Shown here one piece after another: positions 18,101 to 20,000 of a stretch of 20,000 nt of DNA (position 1 is its first letter; each line of letters starts with the position of its first letter). Origin of the DNA: an uncultured virus (IMG/VR IMGVR_UViG_3300025617_001081) (lineage: Duplodnaviria; Heunggongvirae; Uroviricota; Caudoviricetes). The stretch is taken from the IMG/VR virus record IMGVR_UViG_3300025617_001081. One strand, given 5' to 3'. The notes below the pieces were generated by a model. The model ran no database searches and was not told the origin of the DNA. It worked only from the letters and a program-made list of their open reading frames with translations. Made by a program: the position numbers and the translations under genes.

Positions 18101-20000
18101 CAAATGCTGTGTCAGCAGTATCTGCATCGATAACTTGATCAAGTATAAATTTGCCGTCTTGTCTTCCATACACAACTAATGTTCTGTCTGTAACACTGTC
18201 TGTTAATTGTTTAGCAACAACACAAACAAGAATATTGCCTGTTTCATCTACATCAAATTCATCAGCAAATCTTAAAATGTCTAAATCTTCACGAATACTG
18301 TAATAAGCATCGTCGCCTATAGATACTTGTGCATTACTAGGTAAGTATCCTAGGTAAGAAACAGGGTCAGTAACTTCTATCCAATCGTTTAAATTAAATG
18401 AATTTCCAGGAGAAATATTTGTAACACTTGTAAATAATTTGTCTTGGTATGTTACAATTTCATCAATTCTATAAAATACTAAATCGCTAAATTCGCCTCT
18501 ATAATTTTGAGCTCGATCTAATATATAATCAGTTTCATCTGTGTGTTTAACAAAAAATAATTTTCCTATTCCGCCGGCAGCGCCTACAAAGATATTAGTT
18601 GTATTTCCATCTTTTGCTATTTTAACTTTAGATCCTAGTTCTAGTCCTTGTTCCGTTTCCGGTACAATATAACCATTAATCGGGATAAAACTTGTACCTG
18701 ATTTTTCATATACAAAATATGCACCTTGGTCGGTGTATCCTTGATCACTTGTACCTAAAACAGTTAGAGGAATATTATAAACTTGTTCCCAATCGTTATT
18801 GTTACTAGCTGGTCTATTAGGCTCTCTAGGCTCTCCTAGCACAGTTATGTTATCATAGAACCAGTACTCACTGTCTGCAATACTAGGACTTGTGGCTAGA
18901 TTAAAGTTTCCATTTGGATTTTCGACAACAAACAACGGTCCAATATCTGCGTTAGCTAGACTAGTTGCTACAACATCTCCTATTTCTTGAAGGACGCCTA
19001 CTTGAATATAATCTTTATAAAAGATAGTAGTGTCGCCGTTATGATCGTTACCGTTTAACCAAGTACCTGAAACATTTTTTACATAGATTCTAACGTCGTT
19101 AAAATCTCTTTGATAAAACATTACTTCAGCTGTTGCACCAGTAGTTCCGTCTTGAACTATTGTTCCGCTTCCATTATCATCATAGTTACTTGTTATAGGG
19201 TTATACTGATATCGAGGAGTCGGCTCAAAAGGCAAGTTATTAAAAGGATCGAACACTTCATTTGTATAATCAATATAACCGTCCCATATATCAAATATTT
19301 CATGCTCGCCATTAATATACTCAGGATCTATTTTTGCAAGCCCTAGATTAGTTGACGCAGGTACTTGTAATTTAAAATTATCGCCTATTGTTTTTTCTGA
19401 GCTTAAATCTAAAGTTGTGCGAACCGTCCAAAACGGTGCATTATAAACTCTTCTAGTACCTAAATTATCACCATCATACGTTAATTGAGCTAAGAAGCTG
19501 GCTTGTTGATTTAAGTTTTCTTGTGGTTGATTCTCAACCACATTATCTAGAATATTGTAATAGTTAAACGGATTTCTTGTATCGGTATCAAGCAAATAAT
19601 CTACAAAAATTAAACCTTTACCTTCGTCAGTTTTGTCTCCAGTCGGAACTTCATAACTAGGTGTTGATATCATCCAGAATCCATTAGTCGAAGTGAAGGT
19701 ATCTGTAAATTGTTCCACGTATTCGCCTACTAGTAATCCATTATCTAAATCAATTCTACCTGTTGTAGCAAATCGACCGCTAATGTTTTTTAAATAAATT
19801 AAAGAAGTATTAATTATTTCTTTAACATATGCAACTTCGCCGCTGGCGATATCACTATTAACTATGTTTCCTACAGAAACAGAATTATCTGTATTAGATA
19901 CTAATAATATTTGCTCAATTCTTTCTTGAATTACATGTGTTGCTGTTATAAAATTAGAATCAATTTCTGGAATAATACCTTGGAATGGTTCATAACCAAA
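12102..20000 (-). CDS. Giant modular virion structural protein (baseplate wedge/tail-associated), 5'-truncated, >=2632 aa
   Basis: The frame stays open for 94 more codons from 19719 to 20000 (FGYEPFQGIIPEIDSNF...), so the GTG at 19718 is probably internal. Contains FG-GAP-like repeats, GxG(Y/F)xxxP repeats, about 8 beta-sandwich-like C-terminal modules and an INGERIEY...LRRGTLGT...H motif; very acidic and Thr/Asn/Asp-rich. Confidence 0.85.
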   Translation of the reverse strand, partial: FGYEPFQGIIPEIDSNFITATHVIQERIEQILLVSNTDNSVSVGNIVNSDIASGEVAYVKEIINTSLIYLKNISGRFATTGRIDLDNGLLVGEYVEQFTDTFTSTNGFWMISTPSYEVPTGDKTDEGKGLIFVDYLLDTDTRNPFNYYNILDNVVENQPQENLNQQASFLAQLTYDGDNLGTRRVYNAPFWTVRTTLDLSSEKTIGDNFKLQVPASTNLGLAKIDPEYINGEHEIFDIWDGYIDYTNEVFDPFNNLPFEPTPRYQYNPITSNYDDNGSGTIVQDGTTGATAEVMFYQRDFNDVRIYVKNVSGTWLNGNDHNGDTTIFYKDYIQVGVLQEIGDVVATSLANADIGPLFVVENPNGNFNLATSPSIADSEYWFYDNITVLGEPREPNRPASNNNDWEQVYNIPLTVLGTSDQGYTDQGAYFVYEKSGTSFIPINGYIVPETEQGLELGSKVKIAKDGNTTNIFVGAAGGIGKLFFVKHTDETDYILDRAQNYRGEFSDLVFYRIDEIVTYQDKLFTSVTNISPGNSFNLNDWIEVTDPVSYLGYLPSNAQVSIGDDAYYSIREDLDILRFADEFDVDETGNILVCVVAKQLTDSVTDRTLVVYGRQDGKFILDQVIDADTADTAFGTSISLSPDGHTLAVGEPYNDFTNDNNEVYNKGAVSVYQSSDSGFTLLQKLTSINIEVDEQFGSNVSAQNDSIAVTSTNGDIILDTSFNVHSNLVEFSESIYGTEYVLDPTSSLAEQETIFDNGFTTFNKTKKNVGSVYVFEKIDTTYLFAQALETDIDDITRFGEQVLYKNNHIYVGNPTYTNNSTFKGLIQDFRKERNSKCINTLRLPHDNVDLEKIKGIFLYNTVTNQLVERLDFIDPIQGKISGIADQNISYKTHYDPAVYSVGTAEVTVDPLSTWGESQVGQLWWNLSTSLWINPYQGNSIYQSNSWNILFEGTDIEICEWVESDYIPSEWIELADTEEGLDNGISGTPKYGDTVYVQKSLFDDVAQRFVNKYYFWVTNKVTIPNKNNRTTSCNEVENLIRNPRAQGYKFISLLKDDKFVVHNCDGLLADKDIAINFQYWTIDDTSKNIHTQYQILTEGLETSRPNADIEQKWFDSLVGYDAFDRVVPDPTLKAKQQYGVANTPRQSMFVNRVEALKQVIERVNLVLADNLVVDDFNLDRLFEKEPAPYASSNLYDLILDSYEELQFVGTARLETAILEPVIVEGVIARVDIVNPGRGYLRTPSYEITGIGNGAVFEFELNNNGSITSVTVLDGGSKYDNTTSITVRNFAVLVNSDSTSRGRWTLYKRNFVLEQWERSTAQQYDTEQYWNYIDWYDTGYNEFTKFDYVVDESYQLNFTESTVGDIVKINNIGSGGWLLLEQIDDQENVDYTVNFKTVGRENGTIQFKNTLYDTEANKIGYDSDTFDITFYDNLPVQETRIILETLRDYIFVDNLAIHYNELFFASIRYAFAEQNYLDWAFKTSFVKAQHNVGELQQKVNFENDNLENYEDYIKEAKPFRTKVREFLSSYNSIDTSSNFVSDFDLAPYYNAGLDKIVPRNFIYSNGEITSPTEGALSYPDLAWRENNKFQLIDIKLADVGSGYLQAPQVVFDVDTTAKAVAFVSQGKVTAIEIIDAGNGFTKAPVITLEGGLDEGGVAARATAIIGDNVVRSNKIALKFDRIQGKYKINTIQTVDTFVGGTNQTVFYLRWPISFDITKIDVKVNDVEILQNNYAYTNKQDTTLGYTRQIGVIEFVTPPALGSEIVVTYNKDISVLSAEDRIQHYYNPATGQLGKDLPQLMDGVDYAGVEITSFDFAGGSGWMTELDGWYTSTWDQYDTTYEDEVFTLDGSTIRLQLSTVLENNVVYNVYKNGVRIDDPNYGTQDQINTDALMPSITGDGVTDYVDLDDYDIANTANDVFVVRKITSDGSIKPDPTSYDTQLSGGDLNYATATGLRAEDIIVDGDGLVTARNTTGAEEVVPGHVVDTLDIKVYDRPGNGSSQMYVYTFKVDPYDPEFTITNFPANTTSVFAKINDTVVNPEDITFSFADQTVTLPSTGNGIVAGENLISIVLMDVAGQSIYDIGEFTAEQDVTTYITQVPFEADLQVYATVSGEPRPITLIEADDTYGEEQGRLVLRFDNPPAAGRIIRYSVFAGEEQSYSVVSEQIELGDGSTATYALDNIPLYKSPVEQNMLVFVDDTVLYSDYNETFAASSNTREYVLRQYQQEPSTLTNEFVSVYLNDVALVKNVEYRWNSANSSVTLSAGIGTDGDVLKVYIDTGEYAVVNNAIQFNTAPAQDAEIRILTFTNHDLQNFDRFNLEVVSKISLDPSQEDYREYLSLTNGLIKLSEPATDVQYIFAMVNGERLTPNQDYTLTDDRQYVKIVKDLAQTDVVDIMQVRGTAVSGKFGYRIFKDMLNRTHYKRLNDTYRYRLSQDLNWYDTAIDLDTVEGLPEPNKAKNIPGVVFINGERIEYFVIQDNRLRQLRRGTLGTGVKEIHSANTRVYNQGITETIPYKDVTVVQTPENTGVNTYNLTFDISSIDELEVFVGGTRLRKQDIAVYDYTIDQDSPAGDTILPAEYTVDVSANTVTFINTPNTNARIQFVKKTGKTFALPGTSLRNADTEVARFIRSVEVDLP

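Noticed and set aside
17500..18750. Eukaryotic integrin gene transfer or eukaryotic host
   Set aside because: FG-GAP-like repeats are widespread in prokaryotic and phage proteins; SD sites, overlapping genes and a sigma70 promoter indicate a bacterial host.
4185..19346. Twelve short plus-strand ORFs in the track (e.g. 4185-4412, 9571-9966, 10756-11178)
   Set aside because: All lie antisense to long, motif-bearing minus-strand genes and have no recognisable motifs; they look like shadow ORFs.
19716..19718. GTG as start codon of the giant gene
   Set aside because: The frame continues without a stop to position 20000 and no SD precedes the GTG; the true start is probably outside the window.
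1..20000. Stop-codon reassignment (no gene here ends in TAG)
   Set aside because: The standard code already gives full-length, tightly abutting ORFs with no in-frame TAG/TGA interruptions; TAA/TGA preference is expected in AT-rich phages.
1..20000. tRNA, rRNA, CRISPR array, intron/intein or IS element
   Set aside because: Intergenic gaps are all 55 bp or shorter, and no spaced direct repeats, intein motifs or transposase/homing-endonuclease signatures were seen by eye.

Overview
AT-rich, gene-dense segment of a large tailed dsDNA phage, probably a T4-like/jumbo myovirus (host unknown). All credible genes are on the minus strand and read with the standard code. In transcription order (high to low coordinates) there are two modules. 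(1) A late virion module: a giant modular baseplate/tail protein (>=2632 aa, open past the right edge), a 200-aa baseplate/fibre-attachment-like protein, three tandem paralogous tail-fibre-like genes and a 343-aa putative structural protein. The three fibre genes share a ~220-aa N-terminal module but have different C-termini (tail-collar + HxH tip; neck-motif fibre; peptidase-G2-like intramolecular chaperone). T4-late-type (T/A)ATAAATA boxes lie at three gene boundaries. (2) A six-gene operon with overlapping start/stop codons: 115-aa ORF, two paralogous DxD GT-A glycosyltransferase-like genes, 189-aa ORF, a GT2-like DxD protein, and an N-terminal-twitch radical SAM enzyme that is missing from the ORF track and runs off the left edge. 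This operon starts at a perfect sigma70 promoter (TTGACA-17bp-TATAAT, extended -10) embedded in an inverted repeat that overlaps the first Shine-Dalgarno. The most interesting candidate system is this separately regulated glycosylation/radical-SAM cassette next to the tail-fibre genes, possibly a virion/fibre glycan-decoration pathway. All functions are assigned from motifs read by eye; no database search was run.
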